Below are positions 16,905 through 26,410 of a DNA stretch of 64,000 nt, in pieces (position 1 is the stretch's first letter; each line of letters starts with the position of its first letter). A program made the position numbers and the translations under genes. Source of the DNA: Longimicrobiales bacterium (GTDB lineage Bacteria > Gemmatimonadota > Gemmatimonadetes > Longimicrobiales > Gaopeijiaceae); NCBI GenBank assembly GCA_965249725.1, contig CBDFMQ010000002.1, positions 1,024,001 through 1,088,000 of the forward strand. Reading direction: 5' to 3'. A model generated the notes under the pieces. That model worked only from the letters and a program-made list of their open reading frames with translations. It was not told the DNA's origin and did no database searches.

Positions 16905-18236
16905 TCACAGGGGAGCTTCGAACCATCCCCAGAATACCACCATGATAACGGTCGCGACGCAAAGGGTCACGAGCATCACCGGCGTGCCTTTCCTGAACCA
17001 CAAGCCCGGCGTGATCGCCAAACTCGGATCGTTCTCTTCGCGCGCCAACCGCTCGGAGATCGTGACGATGAATACGTTGGCCGTTGAACCGATGTGAGTG
17101 CCGTTTCCGCCAAGACCCACGCCCATGGCAAGCCCCCACCAAATCGGCGTCACGTTGATTCCCTGCGTCTCCATTCCGAGGATGATCGGGATCATCGCAG
17201 CGGTGAATGGAATGTTGTCGATCGCCGCCGATAGGAACGCGGCGACCCACATCAGGGCGATCGTCGCCACCATTAAATCCTGTTGGGCGAAGGGCAGGAT
17301 GAACTGACCTACGTAAATGAGGAACTCACTGTGCTCCACGCCGCCGACCACCATGAACAGGCCGATGAAGAAGATCAACAGTGGGACCTCGACATGTTCC
17401 ATCGCGTGATCCATCAAAAGGTCCCGAGACGCAAAGGTCAACGCGGTCATGCCGAGGGCTGCGACGAACCAAGGCTCCCAGTGCAGGGCACCGTGAAGCA
17501 TGAAGAGAACGACCATCAGGCCGAGAACGACCAGAGACGCTTTCCAGAGCTTGGGGTCCTTGATCTCTCCCTTTTCATGGAAGGACGCAGCCGGTTCCAC
17601 GGCGAGCTCTTTCCGGAAAGTCCACTTCAAGAACAAGAGGACCACGAGCCAAACCAGGGCAACGGGTGGCCCCATACGGATGGCGAAGTCGTTGAATGAA
17701 ATACCCGCGGCAGAGCCGATCATGAGGTTCGGGGGATCGCCCACGAGCGTTCCGATTCCACCGGTGTCCGAAAGCAGGGCCGCCGCCAAGAGGTAAGGAA
17801 TCGGGTTTATCTTTTGGGCCTTGGCGATCAGGATGATCAGCGGGCCGAAGATCACGACAGTGGTCACGTTGTCGAGCAACAGCGAGAGTACCGTCACACA
17901 AGTGCCGAGCAGCACCAGCATCAGATAGAGCCGGCCTTTGCTGAACGCAGCCAGCTTATAGGCCAGCCAACCGAACCCTCCGGTCGGGATCATGATCGAG
18001 ACGATGGTCATCATCGCCGCGAGCAGGAAGATGACGTTCCAGTCCACCGCCTCGACCGCTTGCATCGGTGAGTAGAAGCCGAATCTCTGACCGACAATCA
18101 CCATCGCAAGGGAACCTGCTGCAGCGACTTTCGATCGCTCCATCCCATGCAGTTGCTCGGTGAAAATGGCGATGAACGTCACCGCGAGAACGACGCCCGA
18201 GGCAATCATCGCCGGCGTTAGTACTAGCTGCTCCAT
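16905..18236 (-). CDS. ArsB/NhaD/SLC13-family ion transporter
   Basis: Polytopic. LLDNVTTV, TLVGDPPN, IDNIPF and LGGNGTHIGSTAN. Confidence 0.9.
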   Translation of the reverse strand: MEQLVLTPAMIASGVVLAVTFIAIFTEQLHGMERSKVAAAGSLAMVIVGQRFGFYSPMQAVEAVDWNVIFLLAAMMTIVSIMIPTGGFGWLAYKLAAFSKGRLYLMLVLLGTCVTVLSLLLDNVTTVVIFGPLIILIAKAQKINPIPYLLAAALLSDTGGIGTLVGDPPNLMIGSAAGISFNDFAIRMGPPVALVWLVVLLFLKWTFRKELAVEPAASFHEKGEIKDPKLWKASLVVLGLMVVLFMLHGALHWEPWFVAALGMTALTFASRDLLMDHAMEHVEVPLLIFFIGLFMVVGGVEHSEFLIYVGQFILPFAQQDLMVATIALMWVAAFLSAAIDNIPFTAAMIPIILGMETQGINVTPIWWGLAMGVGLGGNGTHIGSTANVFIVTISERLAREENDPSLAITPGLWFRKGTPVMLVTLCVATVIMVVFWGWFEAPL

Positions 18237-18270
18237 CTCTGTGACCTCTTGGGGTTGAATCGATAGGCGT

Positions 18271-18330
18271 AAAAAAAATCCTCAGGCGACAGAGCGGTTC
18301 CGGATCTGCCCGATCGCCGCCCGAGGGATT
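18271..18330 (-). terminator. Probable intrinsic terminator after usp
   Basis: Long imperfect hairpin AATCCCTCGGGCG...CGCCTGAGGATT running into a T tract on the minus strand. Confidence 0.55.
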
Positions 18331-18338
18331 GGGACTCG

Positions 18339-19226
18339 CTACACTTGAAGCGGGGTCTCGAAGCCGTCCGGCGTCAGAGTCAAGACAGAGCAGTCCACGG
18401 CGTTCAGAGTCCTCTCGGCCTCGTTTCCGACGAGGAATCCGAGAATGCCACCGCGCCCCAGGGTGCCGATGACCACCAGGTCCACCTCGAGCGTCTCGGC
18501 GAGGTCGGGAATGACCTTTCCGGCCTGACCCTCGATGAGGTGAACGGTCCTCTTGTCGTACGGGTGGGGCTCGAGAAGGCGATCCAGCTCGGACTGGTGA
18601 GCGGCCTCGATGCCTCGAACCATTTCGTCGACCTCCGTCGTGTCGATCGACCGCCCCCTCAGCGCCGTCTCAGAGGCCATCCGCCAAACATGCACGACAT
18701 GTAACTCACTCCCTTCCTCAGCGGCCAGCGACGTGGAGACCTCCATGATCTGCTTGGCGAGGGCTTCCGTCTCCGGCTGAGTCGGGTTCAAGTCGACGGC
18801 CGCGAGAATCCGGCGGAGACGCGGCTCCTCCGAGTGCTTCACGATCCACACCGGGCATGGAGACTTCCGCATCAGCTTCTGGTCCTCAGTGCCGAACAGC
18901 CTCTTCCACGTCCCGGCATCTGCTGCGGCAGCTTTCATGACGAGACCATGGTGATGGTCGAGCACCGCCTGAATCACCGATTCAGCCGTGGCCCCCGTGC
19001 CCGTCTCCACATCGATGGTCAAACCAGGCTCCTGTGCGATAGCCTCCTCGCGCAGGCGCTCGAGCTCGTTGCGGCGCTCCTCGGCCCCTTCGTGTCCTGC
19101 ATCGCGTCCAGCGAAGAGAGTGAGTTTCGCGCTGTTGGCGCTAGCGAGCCGGACTGCACGCGCCAACACCGACTTCTCGCCCTCACTGCCGTCCGCTACA
19201 AAAAGGATGCTCTTGAACCGTTGCAC
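18339..19226 (-). CDS. Tandem-domain universal stress protein (UspE-like)
   Basis: Two USP domains: LMRKSPCPVWIV and VIGTLGRGG..GFLVGN.AE..L..VDCSVL. Confidence 0.9.
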   Translation of the reverse strand: MQRFKSILFVADGSEGEKSVLARAVRLASANSAKLTLFAGRDAGHEGAEERRNELERLREEAIAQEPGLTIDVETGTGATAESVIQAVLDHHHGLVMKAAAADAGTWKRLFGTEDQKLMRKSPCPVWIVKHSEEPRLRRILAAVDLNPTQPETEALAKQIMEVSTSLAAEEGSELHVVHVWRMASETALRGRSIDTTEVDEMVRGIEAAHQSELDRLLEPHPYDKRTVHLIEGQAGKVIPDLAETLEVDLVVIGTLGRGGILGFLVGNEAERTLNAVDCSVLTLTPDGFETPLQV

Positions 19227-19364
19227 TTTGGCTAACCACCTTCATATGGAGAATGTCGACCGAAAAATGTTACACCCTACCGGCGAGGACAGGTATATAT
19301 CGGAGCGAACTCGTATGCGTCAAGCTGGCCTTCTCGCCCCGCCTGGCCTGATCCGGACGGCAAA

Positions 19365-19901
19365 CTACCAGTTTGACTGGGCGCCGTCCACGATGCGTTG
19401 AACCAGTAGCTCGATGGCCTCCGCCCGGCCCACCTCTTCGGTCTCGCTCTCCTCCAGATACTGACCCTGTGTGGAGAGCGCGAGGTCGTCCCACAGGATC
19501 ACATTTTGGACGCGATCGATGAGCTCCACCTCCACGCGGATGCTCACCTGGCGCTGGAGCACGTCCACCTGATCCGCCTGTTGCCCGGGCCGGAACAGGG
19601 GGGTCGTCAGGTCGTACCGAACGATGCGGCCCCGGACGATGGCGTCGGCGACCTCTTCACCGGCATTCGTGATCCCCAGCGCTCTAGGCAGCTCTCGGAG
19701 CAGCTGGTCGTGGATTTCCTGAGTGAGCTCGAACCGGTTGGTGTCGTTCTCGAACGGCAGGATCGCCAAGGTCCGGATGTGCTCGGGAAAGCTCCCCGAT
19801 CGGAAGCTGTAGTTACAGCCGGCGATGCTCCACGCCAGACAGAACACTGCCACGTAGCGGATGCGATCCGCCATCGGACTCGTCTTCGTCCACCGGCTCA
19901 T
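19365..19901 (-). CDS. lptE: LPS assembly lipoprotein LptE family
   Basis: Lipobox IAGC-NYSF, PEHIRTLAILPFENDT, C-terminal ...SNW. Start uncertain (19874 or 19901). Confidence 0.8.
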   Translation of the reverse strand: MSRWTKTSPMADRIRYVAVFCLAWSIAGCNYSFRSGSFPEHIRTLAILPFENDTNRFELTQEIHDQLLRELPRALGITNAGEEVADAIVRGRIVRYDLTTPLFRPGQQADQVDVLQRQVSIRVEVELIDRVQNVILWDDLALSTQGQYLEESETEEVGRAEAIELLVQRIVDGAQSNW

Positions 19902-19917
19902 GCCGGCCCCCGCCCCT

Positions 19918-20613
19918 CTAGCGATGGGGATACCAGATGTCGACTGGATGGGACTCCACATTCTCCACGGACTCGACGGTCACCTTGAGTTCTCGGAACG
20001 AGGCCAGATTGCGGTAGGTGGCCTCGCGGGGCAACTCCCACTCGACTTCACGGTCGAGCGAAACCTCGTGTAGGGCGCTTCCGTCACGTAGGAGCTCCAC
20101 GCCCGCCAGCTTGCCGTCACGCATCTGGTACCAGAGCTCGTCACCGTCGCTGAGTCGGTACCGAAGCCTCAACGTCCCGTCCCGCTCCTCGGCGCCCAGC
20201 AACGTCACACCGTCGCCGGGCCTGAACACCCCGAGGGACGCCCAAAGCAGAGGGGGAGAGGGGACCACCTGCAGGGACGCGCCCATCGGCGCCCGCAGAT
20301 CGTCGTCCACCAGGGCGACGGCAAGGACCGACTGTCCGTTTCCCAAGAAAAGATCCAGACGTGCTCGGTCAGGCGGTTCGAGGCGGGCTACACCACTGCC
20401 ACCGATTCGGAGGTTGGGCTCCCGTATGCTCCAGCTGAAGATGACACTCGAGGCGTGTGGAAAAGGATTGCTTTCGGTCGCCGACGCGACGGCCTGCCGG
20501 ACGTCGACCGCTGGAGCGGGCGCCTCCGGAGGAGAGCCTCCACAACTAGACACGACCATGACCGTGATCACGGTAGAGGTAGCAAGCGCGGAGCGCGGAA
20601 TTGCTGCCGTCAT
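19918..20613 (-). CDS. Hypothetical lipoprotein
   Basis: 231 aa ORF with a hydrophobic N-terminus ending SSCGG. Beta-rich. Confidence 0.7.
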   Translation of the reverse strand: MTAAIPRSALATSTVITVMVVSSCGGSPPEAPAPAVDVRQAVASATESNPFPHASSVIFSWSIREPNLRIGGSGVARLEPPDRARLDLFLGNGQSVLAVALVDDDLRAPMGASLQVVPSPPLLWASLGVFRPGDGVTLLGAEERDGTLRLRYRLSDGDELWYQMRDGKLAGVELLRDGSALHEVSLDREVEWELPREATYRNLASFRELKVTVESVENVESHPVDIWYPHR

Positions 20614-20699
20614 GAGTGCGCCGCCCCGATCTGCCTGGTTTCGTCCATGGATGAATGTACTTCCCCAGGCTTACACACTCGGATTACCTTCCGATCCCC

Positions 20700-21437
20700 A
20701 TGGCAGAAAAACCGATCCACCTCGCGAGCGACATCCACCTTGGAGTCGTCCCACGCGATACCGAAGACGCGTTCGTGAGTTGGCTCGAATACACGGGCGA
20801 ATCGGCGTCCCAGCTCATCCTGAATGGAGATCTCTTCGACTTCTGGTTCGAATACCGCTCGGCCGTGCCCCGCGGTCATACTCGAGTGCTGGGCGCGCTC
20901 GCGAGGCTCGTGGATGGCGGCCTCCCGGTCACACTCATGGGGGGCAATCACGACTGGTGGGGAGGGTCCTTTCTGACCGATGAGATCGGCCTCACTTTTC
21001 TGCAGGATCCCGTCGTCCTCGACCTGGCTGGTTACCGCACGTTCCTGGCTCACGGGGACGGTCTCGGACGGGGCGACCTGGGATACAAGATTCTCCGTAC
21101 AGTCCTGCGCGGCCGGTTCACAAGGTGGTCCTTTGGGTGGCTCCATCCCGACCTCGGAGCCGCGCTGGCCGACAGAGTCTCGAGAACCGAGCACCGACTG
21201 GATGCCCCTTCGGACGCCGATCGGCACCGAGCCAAGGCCCTACGGGAATGGAGCCGGGGCAAACTCCGGGACGAGCCCGACCTCGACCTCGTGATCGTGG
21301 GCCACACCCACATTCCCGTCATCGAGGAAGTCGAGCCGGGACGATACTACGTGAACGCCGGAGACTGGGTGTTCCATCGGAGCTACGTGGTGCTTCGCGA
21401 CGGAGAGCCGCCCGGACTCGAAGCGTGGAAGCGGTAG
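20700..21437 (+). CDS. lpxH: UDP-2,3-diacylglucosamine diphosphatase (metallophosphoesterase)
   Basis: SDIHLG, GDLFDFWFEY, GNHD, HGDG, GHTH and NAGDW. Confidence 0.88.
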   Translation: MAEKPIHLASDIHLGVVPRDTEDAFVSWLEYTGESASQLILNGDLFDFWFEYRSAVPRGHTRVLGALARLVDGGLPVTLMGGNHDWWGGSFLTDEIGLTFLQDPVVLDLAGYRTFLAHGDGLGRGDLGYKILRTVLRGRFTRWSFGWLHPDLGAALADRVSRTEHRLDAPSDADRHRAKALREWSRGKLRDEPDLDLVIVGHTHIPVIEEVEPGRYYVNAGDWVFHRSYVVLRDGEPPGLEAWKR

Positions 21438-21473
21438 AAGGCCGCTGAAACCCGTGCTCCCTCGAGGGCGTTC

Positions 21474-22217
21474 CTAGGGCTTCTGCAGGGCGCGTCCGCT
21501 AGGGCGGAACGGATCGAAGGGCACCGAGAACGCCACCTCGACCCCCATGTCCGGGAGAGGCCGGATCGCCGCTTCCAACGGCTGCGGAAAATCGGCGAGG
21601 TGGGCCGCCACAAAGGCGTCGGCCCCACCGAAGAAGAGGAAGAAGAGGCCGAAGGCCAGCCAGTCTTCCTTCTGCTGAGAACGGAGCTCGACCAGCTCAG
21701 CGGCGTTCTGCACCACCTCGTCCTCGTCGACGAGTCCCTCGATCTCCAGGGGGTCGGTCTCACCCGCCGCGACGACTCGTGCTTCGGCCTCCGCGCGGCG
21801 AAACGCCTCGATGTCCCTGGCACTCCCCAGCGTCTTGGAGGTCTTCAGGATCATCCAAAGGCTGATCGATTCCACCCCGAAGTAGAAGCCTCCCCGGTTG
21901 GGTGAACCCACGGTGGCCTGACCCCAGCCCGGAATGAGGACGGACCGTAAGAAAGCTCCCCCTGCGCTGTGCCGCCGAGGCCCTCTGACGGAATCAGGTG
22001 CCGCGGCTTCTCGGGCGGGTGGGTCGGCCGCGGGCTCCTGCCCGCTGGCCGGTCGCGGTGTCACCGAGAGTCCCGTTGCCAGGAGACCGGCGACCAGGAG
22101 CGACGGTGCCGTCACCCGGATCGCAAAAATCGCCACGCTGCTCACCAAGGCGGCCACACTCTGAAGGACCCTCAATCGCACGCTCTCTCGTGTCTGGCTT
22201 TCACTGAAGACGCTCAA
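21474..22217 (-). CDS. DUF5683-like membrane protein (start uncertain)
   Basis: AFLRSVLIPGWGQ and ADAFVAAHL.DF motifs. Confidence 0.7.
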   Translation of the reverse strand: MSVFSESQTRESVRLRVLQSVAALVSSVAIFAIRVTAPSLLVAGLLATGLSVTPRPASGQEPAADPPAREAAAPDSVRGPRRHSAGGAFLRSVLIPGWGQATVGSPNRGGFYFGVESISLWMILKTSKTLGSARDIEAFRRAEAEARVVAAGETDPLEIEGLVDEDEVVQNAAELVELRSQQKEDWLAFGLFFLFFGGADAFVAAHLADFPQPLEAAIRPLPDMGVEVAFSVPFDPFRPSGRALQKP

Positions 22218-22271
22218 GGGAATCTACCCTCCCGGATACCGGGACCAAAGAGTGGGATGCCGGCACGGCCC

Positions 22272-22856
22272 TCAGCCCGGATTGGCTCTCCGGAAAGCAT
22301 CGGTGAACACCCTGGCCAGGGCGGTCGCTTCGCGTTCCAGTTCCTCGCGATGGCTGTCCACCGGGTAGAGCGCGACACCGAGAGGTCCCGACCAGATGGG
22401 TACCGTCCACGAACCACCGTCCCGCGCCAAATCCCAGTAGGCCCTTCGCCACGCCAATGCGCTCGCCGCCACTCCGGGGTTCGCGTCGATCGACCGGACC
22501 AGGGTGGCACGCGGGAGCGCGAGGTCCTTGAGTTGTAGGATCGAACTGACCGCGACGCCCATGACGCCCTCCTCCGTCAATATCGGCGCGGCTGCTATCG
22601 CCAAAACGAGCTGGGGTGTGGCATCGGCGGTCACGGTAAGTCCCGCGCTTCGGAGTTGCCCCTCCAGAGCCGCCTGGAGCCGATCTCGAAGCTGGACCTC
22701 GCCGATCAAAGCGGGATCGTCGTATCCGATGACGACGTCGACCTCGACGCTCACCTGGCGGAGACCGACGAGCACTGAATCCTGGCCGGTGACCTGCGCG
22801 ACAACGGCGCGCGGGAGGGCGGCGGCCACCAGGAGGACGAGCATGGAACGAGGCAC
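22272..22856 (-). CDS. Hypothetical secreted protein
   Basis: Signal peptide ending AVVA-Q. AGGA RBS. Lies just downstream of tRNA-Sec. Confidence 0.7.
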   Translation of the reverse strand: MPRSMLVLLVAAALPRAVVAQVTGQDSVLVGLRQVSVEVDVVIGYDDPALIGEVQLRDRLQAALEGQLRSAGLTVTADATPQLVLAIAAAPILTEEGVMGVAVSSILQLKDLALPRATLVRSIDANPGVAASALAWRRAYWDLARDGGSWTVPIWSGPLGVALYPVDSHREELEREATALARVFTDAFRRANPG

Positions 22857-23032
22857 GGTCGCACCGTCCTTTCTCCTCGGGAAAGCTCCGTTACGCTACA
22901 GCGGAGCCGGCCGGATCACCAGAAGCGGATGCGGCGCCGCCAACCACCCCCAAACAAGAAGGGGACCCCGGCCAGGTTCACCCAAGAACCGCCGGAGCCC
23001 CCAAGTCGCTGCTAGCCAAGCAACTTCGCATA

Positions 23033-23129
23033 TGGCGGGAACGTGTGGGAATCGAACCCACCAACCGGGGTTTTAGCCCGGCGAGCTGGTTTTGAAGACC
23101 AGTGGGGCCACCAGACCCCCTCCGCCCCC
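23033..23129 (-). tRNA. selC: tRNA-Sec(TCA)
   Basis: Anticodon loop CTTCAAA, 6-bp D stem with 4-nt loop (GGGGTC-TGGT-GGCCCC), long variable arm, T arm GTGGG-TTCGATT-CCCAC, end GCCA. 97 nt. Confidence 0.93.
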
Positions 23130-23252
23130 TCAGTCCACGTAAGCGGCACTCGAATGACACTCGCGTGGGCATAAACTCGGACGCCCATCATAGGCCGACC
23201 CCGCCGGTCAGCAAGGGGCATGCACGTCAGGCGCCGCGGCTTCCGGTGGACA

Positions 23253-23297
23253 CGCGCCTCAGGTAGTGCGCGCCTCAGGTAGTGCGCGCCTCAGGTA
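23253..23297. repeat. 16-bp tandem repeat x~3 spanning a stop codon
   Basis: CGCGCCTCAGGTAGTG x2 plus CGCGCCTCAGGTA. Confidence 0.9.
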
Positions 23298-23659
23298 ATC
23301 CGAAGCTCGACGTTGTCTCCTGGGAACACGAGCTGCCGAGGGGTGGTGAAACCCCGCTCTCCAATCACGCGGACCCGCAGTCGCAGATCGTCGGACCGAG
23401 GCCACCGAACCGGAAACGACTTTTTAATCCTGCCGTTCACCGTGCCGAGCCGCCGTTCACCGGAGCTGCTAAGCATCCAGACCGTGGCTTGGTTGAAGTT
23501 CCGGTTGTCGACCTCGATGATGATCTGGGCCTTGGTGGCACCCGTAAACGGGTCACCTCGTGTGAACGGACCGCATCCGGACGTCGCCAACCCTGCGCTC
23601 GCACACGCGAGCAGCACGGCGGCAACCCCGAGGTTCGGGAGTCGCCTGCCTACATCCAT
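23291..23659 (-). CDS. Hypothetical lipoprotein
   Basis: Lipobox TSGC, small beta domain (IEVDNRNFNQATV...RRLGTV). GGAG RBS. Confidence 0.75.
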   Translation of the reverse strand: MDVGRRLPNLGVAAVLLACASAGLATSGCGPFTRGDPFTGATKAQIIIEVDNRNFNQATVWMLSSSGERRLGTVNGRIKKSFPVRWPRSDDLRLRVRVIGERGFTTPRQLVFPGDNVELRIT

Positions 23660-23811
23660 GGCTCCCCCCTACTACGTGATGATCCTCTCTGCTCGATCGG
23701 CTCCATGTTCAAAGATCGCAGGAGTTCGTTCAGCGTCGCCAGATCCTGCTGGATCGATGGTCGCTGGCGTCGCGATCGTCGCTAATTGAATACCCGGCGC
23801 GGTTACAAGGG

Positions 23812-24201
23812 TCAGTCTCGGCGCGCGATTACGTCGATCTCGACGTCCACGGCCTTCGGAAGGCCTGCGGCCTGAACGGTGGCTCTCGCAGGTCGATGGT
23901 CGCCGAAGTGCTCGGCGTAGACGGCATTCATTTCGGCGAACCTGCCCATGTCGGAAAGATAGACCGTGGTCTTCACGACGTCACCGAGTGAGCTGCCCGC
24001 CTCGCGGAGTACGGCCGCGAGGTTCTTCATGACCAAGTGGGTTTGGGCGGCCACATCGCCATCGATCAACTCACCGGTGGCCGGATCGATCGGAATCTGT
24101 CCCGATACGAACACCCAATCATCGACCACCACGGCTTGGGAGTACGGTCCGATCGCTTCGGGCGCGTCGGGCGTGTGAACCAGCTTCAAGTCGCTCATCA
24201 A
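23812..24201 (-). CDS. ridA: RidA/YjgF-family enamine deaminase
   Basis: APEAIGPYSQAV, SGQIP, VVKTTVYL, PARATV and VEID. Confidence 0.94.
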   Translation of the reverse strand: MMSDLKLVHTPDAPEAIGPYSQAVVVDDWVFVSGQIPIDPATGELIDGDVAAQTHLVMKNLAAVLREAGSSLGDVVKTTVYLSDMGRFAEMNAVYAEHFGDHRPARATVQAAGLPKAVDVEIDVIARRD

Positions 24202-24268
24202 GTCACGCTCCGTAATATGTTGTCGTATATATGCTTATCTAGCACACGACACGTGTCGATCAGTTCGT

Positions 24269-25261
24269 CTACTCGGTCAGCACCTCTTCCGCGTGCACCA
24301 GGAGCTCTTCGGGCGTCACGGTGGCCACACCCGCCTTCGCCACTTCCAGAGCTGCGGCGTGATTGGCCAGAATGGCGGACTCCACCACGGAGCCGCCTGC
24401 GGCGAGACAGACGGCCAGCACGGCGGTCACGGTATCCCCCGCACCCGAAACATCATAGACGGAGCGGGCGGTCGTCGGCAGAAGCACGGTCTCCTCTCCC
24501 TCGGATTGAAGCGCCATGCCCTGCTCGCCCAAGGTCAACAGGAGATGTCCACACGCCAGCCGCGCCCGCACCGACTCCATCCACATACCGTCTTCGGGCC
24601 TAAGGGGCTCACCAAGGGCATCCTCCAACTCCTTGGCGTTGGGCTTGAACACGGTCACGTCCGAGTAGTCGAAGAAGCGCTGGCGTTTCGGATCGACGAT
24701 GGAGGGAGTGCCGGACGCGCGCGTCGCGTCGAGGGCCGCGTCTACCACCGACGGTACCATGACACCCTTGTTGTAGTCCTCCACGGCGACGGCGGAGCAT
24801 GAGCCCGAGAGCCTGCGTACCGCCTCGGCCACCCGACCCGCCGTCTGCTCGTCGATGTCGCCGACCTGTTCCCTGTCGACGCGCACGACCTGCTGATGCT
24901 GTGCCATGACCCGGGTCTTCACCGTGGTGGGCCGAGAACGGCTCACGACGAGCCCGTCGAGTTCGACGCCCAGCTCACTGAGCGCCCGCTCGAGCTCCTT
25001 GCCGGCCTCATCGTCACCGACGCAACCCACGACCGCACACCCGGCGCCCAGGGCCACGACGTTCGCGGCGACGTTAGCCGCGCCACCTACGGCCGACGAT
25101 TCCTCCTCGACGTGCACGACGGGTACCGGTGCTTCGGGCGAGATACGGCCCACGCGACCGGAGATGTACCGATCCAGCATCAGGTCGCCGACCACCAGGA
25201 CCCGCACGTCTCGGGCCTTTGCCAGAAGCTCGGCGATACGGCCCGGCCCGAGTCGCTTCAA
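24269..25261 (-). CDS. hldA: D-glycero-beta-D-manno-heptose 7-phosphate kinase (RfaE domain I)
   Basis: VGDLMLDRY, RISPEAPVPV, GGAANVA, DYNKG and DVSGAGDT. Confidence 0.94.
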   Translation of the reverse strand: MKRLGPGRIAELLAKARDVRVLVVGDLMLDRYISGRVGRISPEAPVPVVHVEEESSAVGGAANVAANVVALGAGCAVVGCVGDDEAGKELERALSELGVELDGLVVSRSRPTTVKTRVMAQHQQVVRVDREQVGDIDEQTAGRVAEAVRRLSGSCSAVAVEDYNKGVMVPSVVDAALDATRASGTPSIVDPKRQRFFDYSDVTVFKPNAKELEDALGEPLRPEDGMWMESVRARLACGHLLLTLGEQGMALQSEGEETVLLPTTARSVYDVSGAGDTVTAVLAVCLAAGGSVVESAILANHAAALEVAKAGVATVTPEELLVHAEEVLTE

Positions 25262-26397
25262 AGCGCCCCCACGGCCCGTTGGCGGTCGTCGTCGCTAAAT
25301 CGCTTGCGTCCCCGGGCCTCCAGTGGCCAGCGCTCCAAGGAATCGTCCACGAGGACCAACAGATCGTCCTGGAGATTCACGGAAACACACACGTGATTGG
25401 GCAGGACCCTCACCAGGTCTCCTACCCGCGGCTGCCAATCGCTCTTGCTGAGATCGAGCACGCCGTGCTCCTCCGAGACGCCCTTGACCACGACCTCCGG
25501 ATGATCGAGCAAGACCGCGAATCCCTCGTCACCGCCCCTACCCTCCTTCGACAGCGCCTTCGAACCCGCATCGATGGCTGCCTGTCCATCGATCGACGTA
25601 CTCACGACCGTGGCCAGAACCGTGTAGGCCATGTCCTCGGGTCCGGCCACTGCGATGTTGAGACCCTCTCGATCGAAGAAGATGGCGGTGCCGCTACGGA
25701 TCTCGGTCAGGCCGGGCAGTTCGTGGCTGCGCCAGAGTGTGGGCGTCGACCCGCCGCTCACGACCTCCGGGGTCAGACCCTCCTCGTCGAGCGCTGCGTA
25801 AAGGGCACGGAGGTCGGAGGCCAGGATCTCCAGTTCGGCGTCCTGACCTTCCTGAGGGCCTCTGATATGTCCGGGATAGAACATCAGGCCTGAGTACTCG
25901 ACCCCGTCGAGGTCCCCTACCTTACCTGCGAGACGCACCGCCTCCTCCTTGGTCTCGAGGCCGACGCGGCTCATGCCGAGATCGACCTCGACCAAGATCC
26001 TGGTCGACCGTCCCGCCCTCTGTGCCGCGGCGGCCACCGCTCTCAGGGCCTCCTCCGAATCGAGTCCCACCGTGAGCCGCACGTGGTCCGGAATCGCCAT
26101 GACACGGTCGAGCTTCGAGTCCCCCATGACCGGGTACGCCAGTAGCAGATCGTCACACACGGTGGACATGACCTCGGCCTCCCGAGGGGTGGCCACGGTG
26201 AGGCCCTGGACGCCGGCTTCGAGTTGAAGACGGGCCATCCGGGTGCACTTGTGCGTTTTGATGTGGGGACGCCAGGCGATGCCGTGCTCTCGGCAATACG
26301 AGACCACCCGTGCCACATTGGCCCTGACCTTGGCCAAATCGGCGACCCCGGCGGGGGTCTCGACGTCTTCTAGCGAGGTGTGAAGCGACATAGGCAT
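25258..26397 (-). CDS. Fold-type III PLP enzyme (D-threonine aldolase/DSD1-like)
   Basis: RPHIKTHK, SGGSTPT, DAGSKALS, SEEHG and PNHVC. Confidence 0.9.
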   Translation of the reverse strand: MPMSLHTSLEDVETPAGVADLAKVRANVARVVSYCREHGIAWRPHIKTHKCTRMARLQLEAGVQGLTVATPREAEVMSTVCDDLLLAYPVMGDSKLDRVMAIPDHVRLTVGLDSEEALRAVAAAAQRAGRSTRILVEVDLGMSRVGLETKEEAVRLAGKVGDLDGVEYSGLMFYPGHIRGPQEGQDAELEILASDLRALYAALDEEGLTPEVVSGGSTPTLWRSHELPGLTEIRSGTAIFFDREGLNIAVAGPEDMAYTVLATVVSTSIDGQAAIDAGSKALSKEGRGGDEGFAVLLDHPEVVVKGVSEEHGVLDLSKSDWQPRVGDLVRVLPNHVCVSVNLQDDLLVLVDDSLERWPLEARGRKRFSDDDRQRAVGAL

Positions 26398-26410
26398 TGC
26401 CCCAGACCCG

